A stretch of 63,186 bases of DNA, the filler included, from Octopus bimaculoides (taxonomy: Eukaryota): the NCBI RefSeq assembly GCF_001194135.2. It is 5 parts of 5 records of this genome, joined end to end, with 100 filler letters (N's around TTAATTAATTAA, not from the genome) between each part and the next. Parts side by side here need not be neighbours in the genome. Positions count along the whole stretch, not along the records: positions 13,835 to 38,407 come from NC_068986.1; positions 38,508 to 46,268 come from NC_068997.1; 3 more parts are not named here. The stretch is one strand, 5' to 3'. Shown in pieces: positions 26,900 through 39,419 of this stretch. Below the pieces are notes generated by a model that saw only the letters and a list, made by a program, of their open reading frames with translations, had not been told where the DNA came from and did not search any database. Both the position numbers and the translations under genes were made by a program. Positions within the stretch are counted from its first letter, which is position 1. Each line of letters opens with the position of its first letter.

Positions 26900-29800
26900 G
26901 TAGATGGATACTCTGCACGCCACAGTCACCGAGCTCTTTATTTGAATTGCGGATGCCTTAGTTTTAGATAGGTACATCAAAATATGAGCGTCGGTCTACC
27001 GATTGCAGTGTTTACAAATCACTTTTCATCATCGTTGGAATGTATACTCAACCACTTCAACCAGCAGGGATTATATTATCAACACGTGTTTCTATATAAT
27101 TGCAAGGACATCTCGGCACTTTAAAAGTGCTAACTAGAGCTAAAAAAAATAGGATAAGAATTTCATTACTTTACATTGTTAAGTTCAAAGCTCTTCATTA
27201 GAAAACCAGTGATAGTTTGACGAGCTATTTTTGGGCAGTGTCTTACTGCTTCTCAACTGTTTAAAAATGGTCTGCTCCGACCAATTCTGAGTATGACTTT
27301 TGACAATAGAGTATTGTGTGTCAGAATATGATGAATTCTAGATCAGTGATTAGATTTTATTCTGAGCTACTCCAGTGTAATGCAAAAGTATTTTGTGGTT
27401 AGCGTTGAGACCAAACTTCCTATAAATCGTAATGACAAATCGTAATGCTAACCGAGCTGGAGTTTCCTTCCGGAATTTTCATTAATGTTTACATTATGAG
27501 CCTTCATCTTTTAGAATGCACTTACTAGGAGGCGAGGCTTTTTACTCATATAAAATTTAGGTACACACACGCTAATGGTAACTATAACCACATGAGACAA
27601 TTATCGTACGGCTTCAGCCTGGATTTTCCGTCAATATTCATTTACTGGATCTTCATTCTCTAGAACCGGGCCACATTTTACCTTAGACTGCTTTAGAAGA
27701 TACTCACTTCGCTCTAAGCTATAAATATAGCAACTCATAGTTTTAGTTATAACCATGTGAGAAATTGGACTGGTCTTAGCAATGCCAGCAAATGAATGGA
27801 TCGTTAATTTGCTAATGATCTTGTTTTTCACAGCTTTAATTTATTCAAACCTTGCAGTGTTGATATAACACAATGTGGACAAATGCATTTCGGATGTAGT
27901 GTCGCAGCTTCAGAGGAGTCGCTATATTACTCATAAGATACAAATTACTACTAAGTCAACTATCTCAGAATAAATATATTTTTCACTTTCCTATGGCTCA
28001 GTCAGAAGGAGAAGGAGCAGATAGTGACCATTCCATTGCATGTGAGACTGGTGGGAGAAAGAGAGGAAAAAATCCACGATTCTTGACTTACTGCTGTAGT
28101 GAGTATTACATTATTGTATCAACTTTTCTTCAGAGCGAGGATCTGATCCAAATGCTCGCAACAAAATACACCAATAAAGGCAGCTAAATTAGCAGGCCGT
28201 TGATGTTAAACAGGGTGACCAACAAAGTTTATCACTACATTCATATATAATTTTATATACATGTGCAAGCTTCGGACACCTGTTTGTACTAAGGTTAAAG
28301 TTACTCTTCTTTTAATATTGTTTTAGGAGCGGGGAGCAAAATATTTAGTCAATTACATCGCGGGTGAACCAAATTAGCTATTTGCTGTTCTTTTTATCTT
28401 TATTCTTTTATTTGATTCTTATTGGATTGTGGCCATACTGGGGTACCACCTTGAAAGATTTAGTCGAAAAAATCGATGTCAGTACTTATTTTTTGAAGTC
28501 TTGTATCTATCGGTTCTTTTGCCGAACCTCTAAGTTACAAGGATGTAAATAAACCAACAGCGATTGTTGAATGGTGGGGGACAAAAACAGGCAAAAATGC
28601 ACACACACACATACCGCAGTCAAATGACTGAAACAAGCAAAGGAATATATATATATATATATATATATACACACGGCGCGCTTTTTTCAGTTTCAGTCAC
28701 CAAAATCCATTCACAAGGGATTGGTCAGTCAGGGTTATAATCAGAGTTATAGTCCATGATGCCACACAGTTGGACTGAACCCGGAACCAGGTAGCTGGGT
28801 AGCTAACTTCTTACTGCACAGCCACATCTTTCATAAGGTATCAACATTCTCATCGTATTTTATATCTGCCATCTAATCGCTGACACATTTCTACTGTCGT
28901 TTGGCTTTAGCGACTTGGCTGAAATTTTGTCTGAAATTTGACTGAAATTTTGTCAGTTGAAGAAACAGACAGAAAGTGAATTTCACAAATTTCTGTCACG
29001 TGCCTTTCCCCAGTAGATTGTTATAACAAGCGAGATCATCATTTCTTCATAATATTTGACGAAATTAAAAGTTTGAATTTGAAATTAAGGAAAGAGATGC
29101 ATAGAATTCAGATATTTTAAGGTTTTTTTCTGAAAAAGCTTTTCCACAATGAATTTACTTCAGTTTGAACGCACGGTCACTCACGAAACAAGGTCAACTA
29201 CAAACTGTTTATTTTTCAATCATTACTATTAAGAACAATGTTTAGATAAGTGATCAGAAGGTTACATGAAGTATGCTTATTATGATAGCAAACGCCACTA
29301 GAAATTGTGTTATGAATCAACCGCATTACAGTACCACTGCGTTTCTAATGTTACAGAATATTTTCTTTAACGCAATGCCTGAATAGAAGTATTAAATGCT
29401 CTCCAATATTTGGCAGATTTACAAATTCCAATGACACGTTAACGTAATTTCCATTTAATTAAAAATTTGGTTCTGAAGAACATGTGGAAAGAAACGACAC
29501 AATTAGAATTATCAGGTAAAGATATACAGATACCGGAGTAGATGGATAGATGCATGTATGACACATGCAACCATACATATACACTTAAACCTTAAACTTG
29601 CACACACATACACACATACATACACAGATATATATATATATACACGTATGTATATGCTAGATAGTATATATGTACGTACTTCATGCATATAAATGTCTTC
29701 ATTTGGATGTCCACCAACGAGATATCAGAGAAGGTTGGCACTACGACTTTAATGAAGACCTCATGTAGACAATAATCTCTTGTGACCTAGCAGAAATATG

Positions 29801-29967
29801 CTTGTGTTGTGTGCGTGTGTATTTGCAAAGAACAAAACAAGGGAATAATAAATGGATGTAGTTTAACGGAACATTATATTTGGTGTGTGTGTATATGTAA
29901 TGTATGTATGTATGTATTATGTGTGTATATATGTCGATGTTTGTGCATACATGTTTATGCGTACATG

Positions 29968-30018
<51 letters not shown>

Positions 30019-30451
30019 TATATATATATACACACATACACATACAAACACACATATATAAATATATACATACCCACTCACACGCACATGTACATCCACA
30101 TATACATATATATGTATACATGTATACATGCACTCATTTAACTTTCAAATTGATATTTTCAAGAAGCCATAATATTTGGGTTTCATAAAGCACTGACTCC
30201 TCATTTACATTTGTCAAAGCAACTTAATTTTTGTTAGCCCCCCCCCATGCCTATATGTAAAACTGTCCTATGACGTTACATAATCGATCATTAAATGGGT
30301 CAAGGATATTATATAACTGAGTGCTTCGTCGGTTCTTTGCACGAATCTAAAATGCAATCACTGGAAACATGCACTGATGTCAAACAAATATATAAATATT
30401 GTAATAAGCCGGCGCATTGGGGGTAGATGTAGGAATCCTGAAGATCAATGT

Positions 30452-30605
30452 AGGTAGGTAGGTAGGTAGGTCATGCTCTTGCTTGATGGGGTTGGGGTCA
30501 TTCCAAGTTAGTGGTCCAAGGGACATCATCGTACGTAGATCCGACCAGGTTCACCACTGCTCTCTGTCGCTGGCGGTCCCATACCAGCCCCTCTGTACGT
30601 CATTA
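30452..30605 (-). mobile_element. Possible RTE-like LINE 3' tail
   Basis: Minus frame GWYGTASDREQW* resembles the RTE C-terminal WxxxAxDRxxW motif; ends in a (CCTA)n tail. Confidence 0.4.
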
Positions 30606-30902
30606 TTCAGTTTTATTTCAAGATTTCTTGCCAATAGAAAAAGATCCGGTTTCTAACCTAGATCCAAGGCTTCTTCACTGGAATTTCAACAACATCGACA
30701 AAGTATTTTTGTATGGACGTTTATGTGCAGATTTGTATGTTTTCTTTCATTTACGTATTTTCCTGAATATAGTTGCATGTCTAGACATGCTCATATATAC
30801 TCGAATGATAAACTTCTGGAAAGTTTTACAGATTTTTACAGTTCCAGTGATGGCTTGGATCTGTAGTCTTCGAATCAGTTTTCTCTTATGTATGTATGTA
30901 TG

Positions 30903-31230
30903 TCTGGACTTATGAGTCGTCTTCGTAGTCATAAAGCAAGACCGATGATTGACTACCAGGCCACTGGTGATGATGCTACACACCATACTAATCATGTCTG
31001 TCGGGCATGTGGAAGGGAGTGTGATTCAGCAGGAGGACTTAAACGACACGCAAAGGTACATGGAGCCCAATTACAGCAACAGCCAGCTATTGCCAGTAAA
31101 AGTTTTGGATGCCGACTCTGTGCAAGACATTGTAAATCTTTAGCTGGGCTAAAAAGTCACATTCGATCACAGCACCGTTAAGTTAAGCTTCGTGCAATGG
31201 CCATACTCGATAACGAGGGGGCAGCCATCA
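30903..31230 (+). mobile_element. 3' end of an RTE-type LINE encoding two C2H2-like zinc fingers, inserted in a (TATG)n tract
   Basis: SGLMSRLRSH..CRACGRECDSAGGLKRHAKVH (30999-31061)..CRLCARHCKSLAGLKSHIRSQH (31110-31175), stop, then short tail GCCATACTCGATAACGAGGGGGCAGCCATCA. (ATGT)n on both sides, no TGEKP linkers. Confidence 0.7.
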
Positions 31231-32344
31231 TGTATGTATGTATGCATGTATGTATTTCGATCTTTAAATTGTCAATTAGCAAACAAGCTAATAGAAAGAC
31301 ATTTAGTTACCTTTTAATTGAAAGTTTCTAGTTAGTTTGTTTATTTCCCTCTAAACAGAATTACGTTGGTTGTGTTAAGTGAACATGCAAACAAACACAG
31401 ACTGAAATGGTCATTGCTCCTACAAACGGCAGTATTCAGCTTACATCTACAAAAGAAAAAAAAAGAGCATACTACAACAGCTACATCTTACAAAGATTTA
31501 TTCTTTTAAAAATACAATCACTTACAGACTACTAAAAGTGCATACGGAAAGATACAAATAATATCCGGTTTTCATTTAGGTTATAACTATAGCTTCGCAG
31601 GTCTTTTTCGTTTCTTTTTATCTCATTCTATTTATCTTTATGTTAATATAACAGCTCCAGAATTCAAATTCCAAGGATATGAAATCTATTTAACACGTTA
31701 AGTACAAATATAATAATATATTTATTTCACTTTATTTAAACTTTTCAAAGTAAGTCCCCCCCCCCACCTTGGGTATAGAACACAAACCGTTTGTGTTTTT
31801 CTTCAACATGATTTTTTTCTAGTTTTTTCTTCCTGTTTGTTTTTCTCTCTTTTTTTTTTATTCATCATCGCAACACACGGAAAGAAAACTGTGTCTTTCA
31901 ATGAAGTCATATTGTTCGTGTACAGTTGTGGCCTGGTGTTTGCTTAACAGGCCAACAGCAAACCGTAGGTTGTTCTTTGGTATTTAGAAGTATTTGGAAT
32001 TGCTTAACATAGATTATTGTTCTTTTTATTTTCTCTCACAAACGTCTCGTTGACATATTTACACGCAGGGTTTAGCAAATATATACGATACAATCGAAAG
32101 TATATAGACTATCGCTTTCAAGCTGAATCATCATTTATTTGTTACACACTCTCTCTCTATGTATGTATATGTGTGTGTGTAGACATATATATATAGATGC
32201 ACAACCACACACACACTCACACACACACACACACACGTATCAGTCACTTCTATTGGAAGAATAGAAAAGAAACTGAAAGTGTATCAGTTTCTTATTTCTC
32301 TGTTAATGTGTGTATGTGTGTGTGTATACATACACATTATACAA

Positions 32345-32409
<65 letters not shown>

Positions 32410-32558
32410 CACATTATACAAATATGTATGTATGTATATATATATATATATATATAAAATCATAATATGTGTATGTGTATATGTGTATTTGTTCCAGGAC
32501 GCACATCCCCTCATTTGTACATACAGCATCCATATACAAGTACATACATATACCACAA

Positions 32559-32589
<31 letters not shown>

Positions 32590-32674
32590 CACACTCACAC
32601 ACATATATGCCCAATCATCCAACTATACACCTATCCATACCTTCTTTATCATTTCTATGAGTCGTCTTTCTCCA

Positions 32675-32833
<159 letters not shown>

Positions 32834-34518
32834 TTTCCTTTTCATTGTAAATCACTGTAACCTATTTCTAAAAAAAATACAAGACTATTACTTCAACCAT
32901 TTTATGCTTTTTTAAAATATTTTGTAAATAAAAATGAAGATTTCCTTTTAAAGTTCGGAAACGACCCATCACCTTTACCTACATCACATTATCCTCCCAC
33001 CCCCTAATCTTCCTCATCATTATCCTCATCATCGTCGTCGTCGGCATTGTGGGTATCAAATATCTTAGTAAACATAACCTTTCATAAATTCAACTTTCAA
33101 GTTTCTTGTTTAAAGGTGGGTGTAATTGGTAAAAGAGTACGACTAAACGGACTTCTCTGATCATGCTTTAGATGTGAAAGAGTACTTGTCCCTGGTAGTC
33201 ATAGTGATGAAGGTTTTGTGGTGTTTCTTGTGTACCTTGAGTAACTGTCGCCCACTACTGTTGAGGAGTATTATTCTAATTTTGTTGTTACTTGTTTTTC
33301 CCGCCATTTTATGTTTACGTGACTTATGGAAAACCCTCACAAAACTGCATCATAGATTTTGTATTGTCCCTCCTTCCATTCAAGCACTTGTGGTTAATAT
33401 AAAAATCATCATCACAATCATCATCATCGTCGTCGTCGTCGTCTCGTTGTAGTTAATACCGTACCAGAAACACGTGTCCTTGAAGGCGGCGAGCTGGTAG
33501 AAACGTTAGCACGCCGGACGAAATGCTTAACTATATTTCGTCTGAGTTCAAATTTCGCCGAGGTCGACTTTGCCTTTCATCCTTTCGAGGTCGATAAATT
33601 AAGTACCAGTTACGCACTGGGGTCAATGTAATCGACTTAATCCCTTTGTTTGTCCTTGTTTGTCCCCTCTATGTTTAGCCCCTTGTGGGCTATAAAGAAA
33701 TTAGAAACACGTGTCCTAGAGATGTCCGTTTATCTATTTAGAAGCCGTTTATTGCAAATTATGGTTATATATTTTGTTGTTAAGTTAATCAGAACTTTTC
33801 CAGGTTGGTTTGTTCCGTTCATATTTGCTCATTTGGGACTAAAATTTGAAACAATTCTGGAAATGTTTGTTTTGAAAAATATTAGTTTAAAAGACGACGT
33901 CGCCTTCAGCAATCGGCCAACCGGATAGGGAGGCGAGAGGTGATTTTGAGAAAAGAGTGGAATCTACTGCGAATGCTCCTCCTCTCTCTGTCTATGGGTA
34001 TTACATACACATCACCGATTTATATTTTACTCTTTAAGTGGCGCTTATACATTCAAAGCTCCCTTTTTCAAGAGATCTTTATTTAGTTTTTAACATTGCA
34101 GTCTTCTCTCACTGTATTTGTGGAAATATACGTCACCAACAATATTCAGTTAATTGTGAACAAAGTTTTAAAATATAAACAGCTCTGTCATTCTTCGTTA
34201 TGCTAACAAATATTCTGAATAAATGACATACATTTTCCACTACAGTTGGACGATATCCAGAAAGCATATACGAAACCATCCATTCGATAATTATCAATAA
34301 GATATATACTTGATTTGTTGTAGTTACAGTTATTGGTTAGCCCAAGGTTAGTACTAGTCAAATAGATCTACCATCGAAGATGTTCTGTCTCACCTATTTT
34401 ATTTAGGTATTCCTTATTTAGGCTTGTATTATGCAATGTGACCTTCTCTTTTTAAGGTGGAAGAATGTAATTTGATGAACAGTGTAGAGGCTCCTTCATA
34501 TGCTAGAAACAGCAGCCA

Positions 34519-34878
34519 GTGGAGGCGCGTGGCTTAGTGGTTAGGGTGTCAGCATCATGATCGTAAGGTTGTGGTTTCGATTCCTGGACCAGGCGATGCG
34601 TTGTGTTCTTGAGCAAAACACTTCATTTCACGTTGCTCAAAAAAAGGCGGCGAGCTGGCAGAAACGTTAGCACGCCGAGCGAAATGCTTAACGGTATTTC
34701 ATTCATCGCTACGTTCTGAGTTCAAATTCCGCCGAGGTCGACTTTGCCTTTCATCCTTCCGGGGTCCATAAATTAAGTACCAGTTACGCACTGGGATCGA
34801 TCTAATCGACCGAATCCCTTTGTCTGTCCTTGTTTGTCCCCTCTATGTTTAGCCCCTTGTGGGCAATAAAGAAATAAA
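34519..34878 (+). mobile_element. Composite SINE (family B head + oligo-A + full family A) inside one 12-bp TSD
   Basis: AAACAGCAGCCA at 34507-34518 and 34879-34890 flanks a B head (34519-34638) and an A element (34645-34878). Confidence 0.8.
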
Positions 34879-35769
34879 AAACAGCAGCCAAATCTCTCTC
34901 GAACCACATCCTGCCGTATTATGGAATGCACTGGATAATGCGGTCCTGGATTACATGTCCATAAGAAAAGTAGGAATGGTCACAGTTAAAATGCCTTTGA
35001 TCATAGGCATGCTTGAACATGGTTAACCTGCAGTTAAGTGACAACTACAATAACAAAAATTACTGAGCAGTCTTGTGATCGAAGCCGTTTCACTTAGGGT
35101 ATTTCATAATTTTTTTTACTGACGCAATCCCTCTAGAACTTATGCTTTCTTCCTTTTCTAAAACAACAGAGTGTAATTTGAAGGACAGTTGTTTGCTATT
35201 TCGAGCAGGGTGATTGGCTGTATAGTAGTTCTCTTATTGGCTCGTAAGCATTCTGAGTACATCTTGTTTTTTAACCTGAGCTCAATCCTGATTGAACTAA
35301 CCTATGATCAAATACAATCCAAATATGACCATCCAGTCTTTTTATTTCAGGCTTCATTATCCACTGTGATTATCATTTTTTCTAAAAACTGTGCGATGTA
35401 ATTTCAAAGGATTTGTCTCCCGTTTCCTGAAGATCAATGAACCCCACCACAAAGAGGATCAATTGTTAGTTCAGTAGATTTCAAAGACATTTTACAGTCT
35501 GTTAGTTGTAAGCCACCACTTAACCTTCCTAATTTTTATATATAAAAATATGTTCTAATCGCTACATCGTGTCATAGGCATGGGTATGTGGCTAAGAAGC
35601 TCACTTCACAAAAACGTTGTTTGGAGTTCAGTTACACGATGTAGCAGCTTACGTAAATATATTCTACTACAGCCTCGGGCCGACCAATGCGTCATCCAAG
35701 ATAAAATACAAAATAGCGGAAGCTTTATCCAAAATAGACAAGAACAACACATAACAATAAAATATAAAC

Positions 35770-36120
35770 ATTAAAAGGTCCCCCATAAGGTGGAGAAATG
35801 CCTAAAGTAATTCGAGGGCAGAGGAAGCCCGCACGAAGTCCTAGTTTTTTCAAAGGCAAAAACAACAGGTTTTTTCAAAGGCAAAAACAACATCTCCAAG
35901 TTTCTTACATCTGTATACAATTATTTAATCAGTATAGCTTTCACTAACCCCTCGTAAAATATATTAGAGAGGATCAGTTCACTCACCACCTGCGTAATCC
36001 TCTTTAAGTTGTATTTGAAGAAGTTGATGAATTCCTCAACAGAGAGGGGAAGAATATCCTGTCCACAAATTTTTCAGCCACATCCCACTCGAGACCCTTT
36101 TTCTCCGTAACCATCAAACA
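35770..36120 (-). mobile_element. Decayed 3' end of an L1/Tx1-like LINE (tentative)
   Basis: Minus frame EEFINFFKYNLKRITQVVSELILSNIFYEGLVK resembles, from memory, C-termini of Tx1-like ORF2. Contains a 25-bp-period duplication at 35844-35892. Confidence 0.35.
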
Positions 36121-37509
36121 GAAAAAACTACTTCTATTCTAAACGACAGTGACCGCTCGATCTTCACGATAGATTCAACTGATAGCAGGATTCGCTCTAC
36201 ATGAGATAGCAACTGTTCGATAGAACTCGAGAAAGTTGGCAATCAATGAACACTGAACGAATGTGCAGAACGATTTTGTTGTCCTCATAAAGAACAATAA
36301 AACAATAGAATTAAAAATCGATCAATAGTAATTTCCGACATCCAACCAATCAAAAAATAAATAATATAAAATGTAACGAAAGCTAAAGCATTTGATCTAT
36401 CTATCTATCTATCTATCTATCTANNNNNNNNNNNNNNNNNNNNNNNNNNNNNNNNNNNNNNNNNNNNNNNNNNNNNNNNNNNNNNNNNNNNNNNNNNNNN
36501 NNNNNNNNNNNNNNNNNNNNNNNNNNNNNNNNNNNNNNNNNNNNNNNNNNNNNNNNNNNNNNNNNNNNNNNNNNNNNNNNNNNNNNNNNNNNNNNNNNNN
36601 NNNNNNNNNNNNNNNNNNNNNNNNNNNNNNNNNNNNNNNNNNNNNNNNNNNNNNNNNNNNNNNNNNNNNNNNNNNNNNNNNNNNNNNNNNNNNNNNNNNN
36701 NNNNNNNNNNNNNNNNNNNNNNNNNNNNNNNNNNNNNNNNNNNNNNNNNNNNNNNNNNNNNNNNNNNNNNNNNNNNNNNNNNNNNNNNNNNNNNNNNNNN
36801 NNNNNNNNNNNNNNNNNNNNNNNNNNNNNNNNNNNNNNNNNNNNNNNNNNNNNNNNNNNNNNNNNNNNNNNNNNNNNNNNNNNNNNNNNNNNNNNNNNNN
36901 NNNNNNNNNNNNNNNNNNNNNNNNNNNNNNNNNNNNNNNNNNNNNNNNNNNNNNNNNNNNNNNNNNNNNNNNNNNNNNNNNNNNNNNNNNNNNNNNNNNN
37001 NNNNNNNNNNNNNNNNNNNNNNNNNNNNNNNNNNNNNNNNNNNNNNNNNNNNNNNNNNNNNNNNNNNNNNNNNNNNNNNNNNNNNNNNNNNNNNNNNNNN
37101 NNNNNNNNNNNNNNNNNNNNNNNNNNNNNNNNNNNNNNNNNNNNNNNNNNNNNNNNNNNNNNNNNNNNNNNNNNNNNNNNNNNNNNNNNNNNNNNNNNNN
37201 NNNNNNNNNNNNNNNNNNNNNNNNNNNNNNNNNNNNNNNNNTATACATATATATATTTATATATATATATATATAGTATATATATATTTATATATATATA
37301 GCATATATATATATTTATATATATATAGCATATATATATATTTATATATATATATAATATATATATATCTATATATATAGTATATATATTTATATATATA
37401 GTATATATATTTATATATATATAATATATATATTTATATATATATTTATTATTTATATATATATAGCATATATATATATTTATATATATATGTATACATA
37501 TACAGATGA

Positions 37510-37541
<32 letters not shown>

Positions 37542-37856
37542 GAGAGAGAGACCCCCTTCGGTCATGAATGACCATGGGATTGCACCTAGAAAGTTACCCT
37601 CCGAGGAACAAATCCGGACAAGGTTGTTTGTGGAAGGCCAGCAGTCGCCCATGCATACCAGCCTCTCCTCTCCACACCACCGATGTTATCCAAGGGAAAA
37701 GCAAAGGCCGATACAACTTGGCACTAGTGACGTCGCAACTCATTTCTACAGCTGAGTGAACTGGAGTAACGTGAAATAAAGTGTCTTGCAGTCCGGTCTG
37801 CGTATCGAACACACAACCTCATGATCGTAAGCTACCACGGAGCCATGCGCCTTCAC
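37542..37856 (-). mobile_element. tRNA-derived SINE family D (same head as B, different tail)
   Basis: Head GTGAAGGCGCATGGCT...; body colinear with 46419-46769. Confidence 0.88.
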
Positions 37857-37862
37857 TGTATG

Positions 37863-37943
<81 letters not shown>

Positions 37944-37945
<2 letters not shown>

Positions 37946-38335
37946 GAATGAATAATAATAATAGATGAGTGTACTAATACATATCACTTACAGCCGTTTC
38001 TACCACGAGGCTTCAGAATTTTCCAACCCATCCTCATTACGTCAGTGATATACAGGAATGAACAAACATTGGACAGAGACTGGATAATGGTTGAGCCTCA
38101 AGGCTTCTTCAGAGAGTACAAATGTTAGGAAACTGAATTTCCCACATGTTTGTTTCCTAACATTTGTACTCTCTGAAGAAGCCTGAGGTTCAACCATTAG
38201 CCAATCTCTGTCTAATGATTGTTTATCCCTGTATATCACTGACGTGATGAGGATGACTTGGAAGATTTTGAAGCCTCATGATAGAAACGGCCATAAGTGA
38301 TTTGTGTCTGTACACTCATCTATTATTATTCATTC

Positions 38336-38337
<2 letters not shown>
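37944..38337. repeat. 394-bp fold-back (MITE-like palindrome)
   Basis: Left arm 37944-38133 versus reverse complement of 38152-38337: 20 mismatches and 2 indels by hand alignment (about 89% identity). Innermost 32 bp are perfect; 18-nt spacer. Confidence 0.95.
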
Positions 38338-38407
<70 letters not shown>

Positions 38408-38507
38408 NNNNNNNNNNNNNNNNNNNNNNNNNNNNNNNNNNNNNNNNNNNNTTAATTAATTAANNNNNNNNNNNNNNNNNNNNNNNNNNNNNNNNNNNNN
38501 NNNNNNN
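38408..38507. other. Assembly linker N44-TTAATTAATTAA-N44
   Basis: 12-mer at 38452-38463. Confidence 0.95.
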
Positions 38508-38553
<46 letters not shown>

Positions 38554-38705
38554 CACACACACACACGCATATATATATATATACATATATACACATATAT
38601 GTATATTTATGCGTGTGTGCATGCGTTTGTGTTGTAAGTGTATAAAGATCGATAGACAGAGAGTATGATAGATAAATAGACAAATAGATATAGATAGATA
38701 TAGGT

Positions 38706-38736
<31 letters not shown>

Positions 38737-38942
38737 AATACAGGCTGATAGATAGTCAGAAAAACATAGACATACACAGATCGATAAGCTTCGTGTGATA
38801 AACATACTAATAGAAATATAGATATAAGTGTACACATATATGTAGGCATATATATAAATCTAGCTAACAATATTTACACTACACGTACCACGTCCTCGCG
38901 TTGTTGTTTTGTTGTGTCTGTTCTTCGTTTTTTTATTTACTA

Positions 38943-38973
<31 letters not shown>

Positions 38974-39413
38974 NNNNNNNNNNNNNNNNNNNNNNNNNNN
39001 NNNNNNNNNNNNNNNNNNNNNNNNNNNNNNNNNNNNNNNNNNNNNNNNNNNNNNNNNNNNNNNNNNNNNNNNNNNNNNNNNNNNNNNNNNNNNNNNNNNN
39101 NNNNNNNNNNNNNNNNNNNNNNNNNNNNNNNNNNNNNNNNNNNNNNNNNNNNNNNNNNNNNNNNNNNNNNNNNNNNNNNNNNNNNNNNNNNNNNNNNNNN
39201 NNNNNNNNNNTATATATATATATATATATATATATGCATAGATATGTATATGAAATACGTGTAGGAGAAAAATTGATAACTAGATATGCTAGGGAATAAT
39301 TAGATATATAGATATATTGTAAGAGATTGAAATTATAGAATGATAAATACGCACACAAAACGATAGAAAGATCGATCGATCGATAGATAAGAGTGTAAAA
39401 AGAATAGTTTGTG

Positions 39414-39419
39414 GCTTAC
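39414..39419 (-). other. 5' splice donor of hh intron 1 (GTAAGC)
   Basis: Minus strand reads ATG TCC AAG|GTAAGC; Hedgehog similarity stops exactly here. Confidence 0.93.

Noticed and set aside
27993-28187. ORF MAQSEGEGADSDHSIACETGGRKRGKNPRF... with a GTGAGT donor-like word
   Set aside because: No recognisable homology, no partner exons and no convincing acceptor; cannot be supported from sequence alone.
39333-39419. C-terminal 28 codons of the supplied hh ORF (VSHKLFF...)
   Set aside because: Intron read-through past a canonical donor; no Hedgehog similarity.
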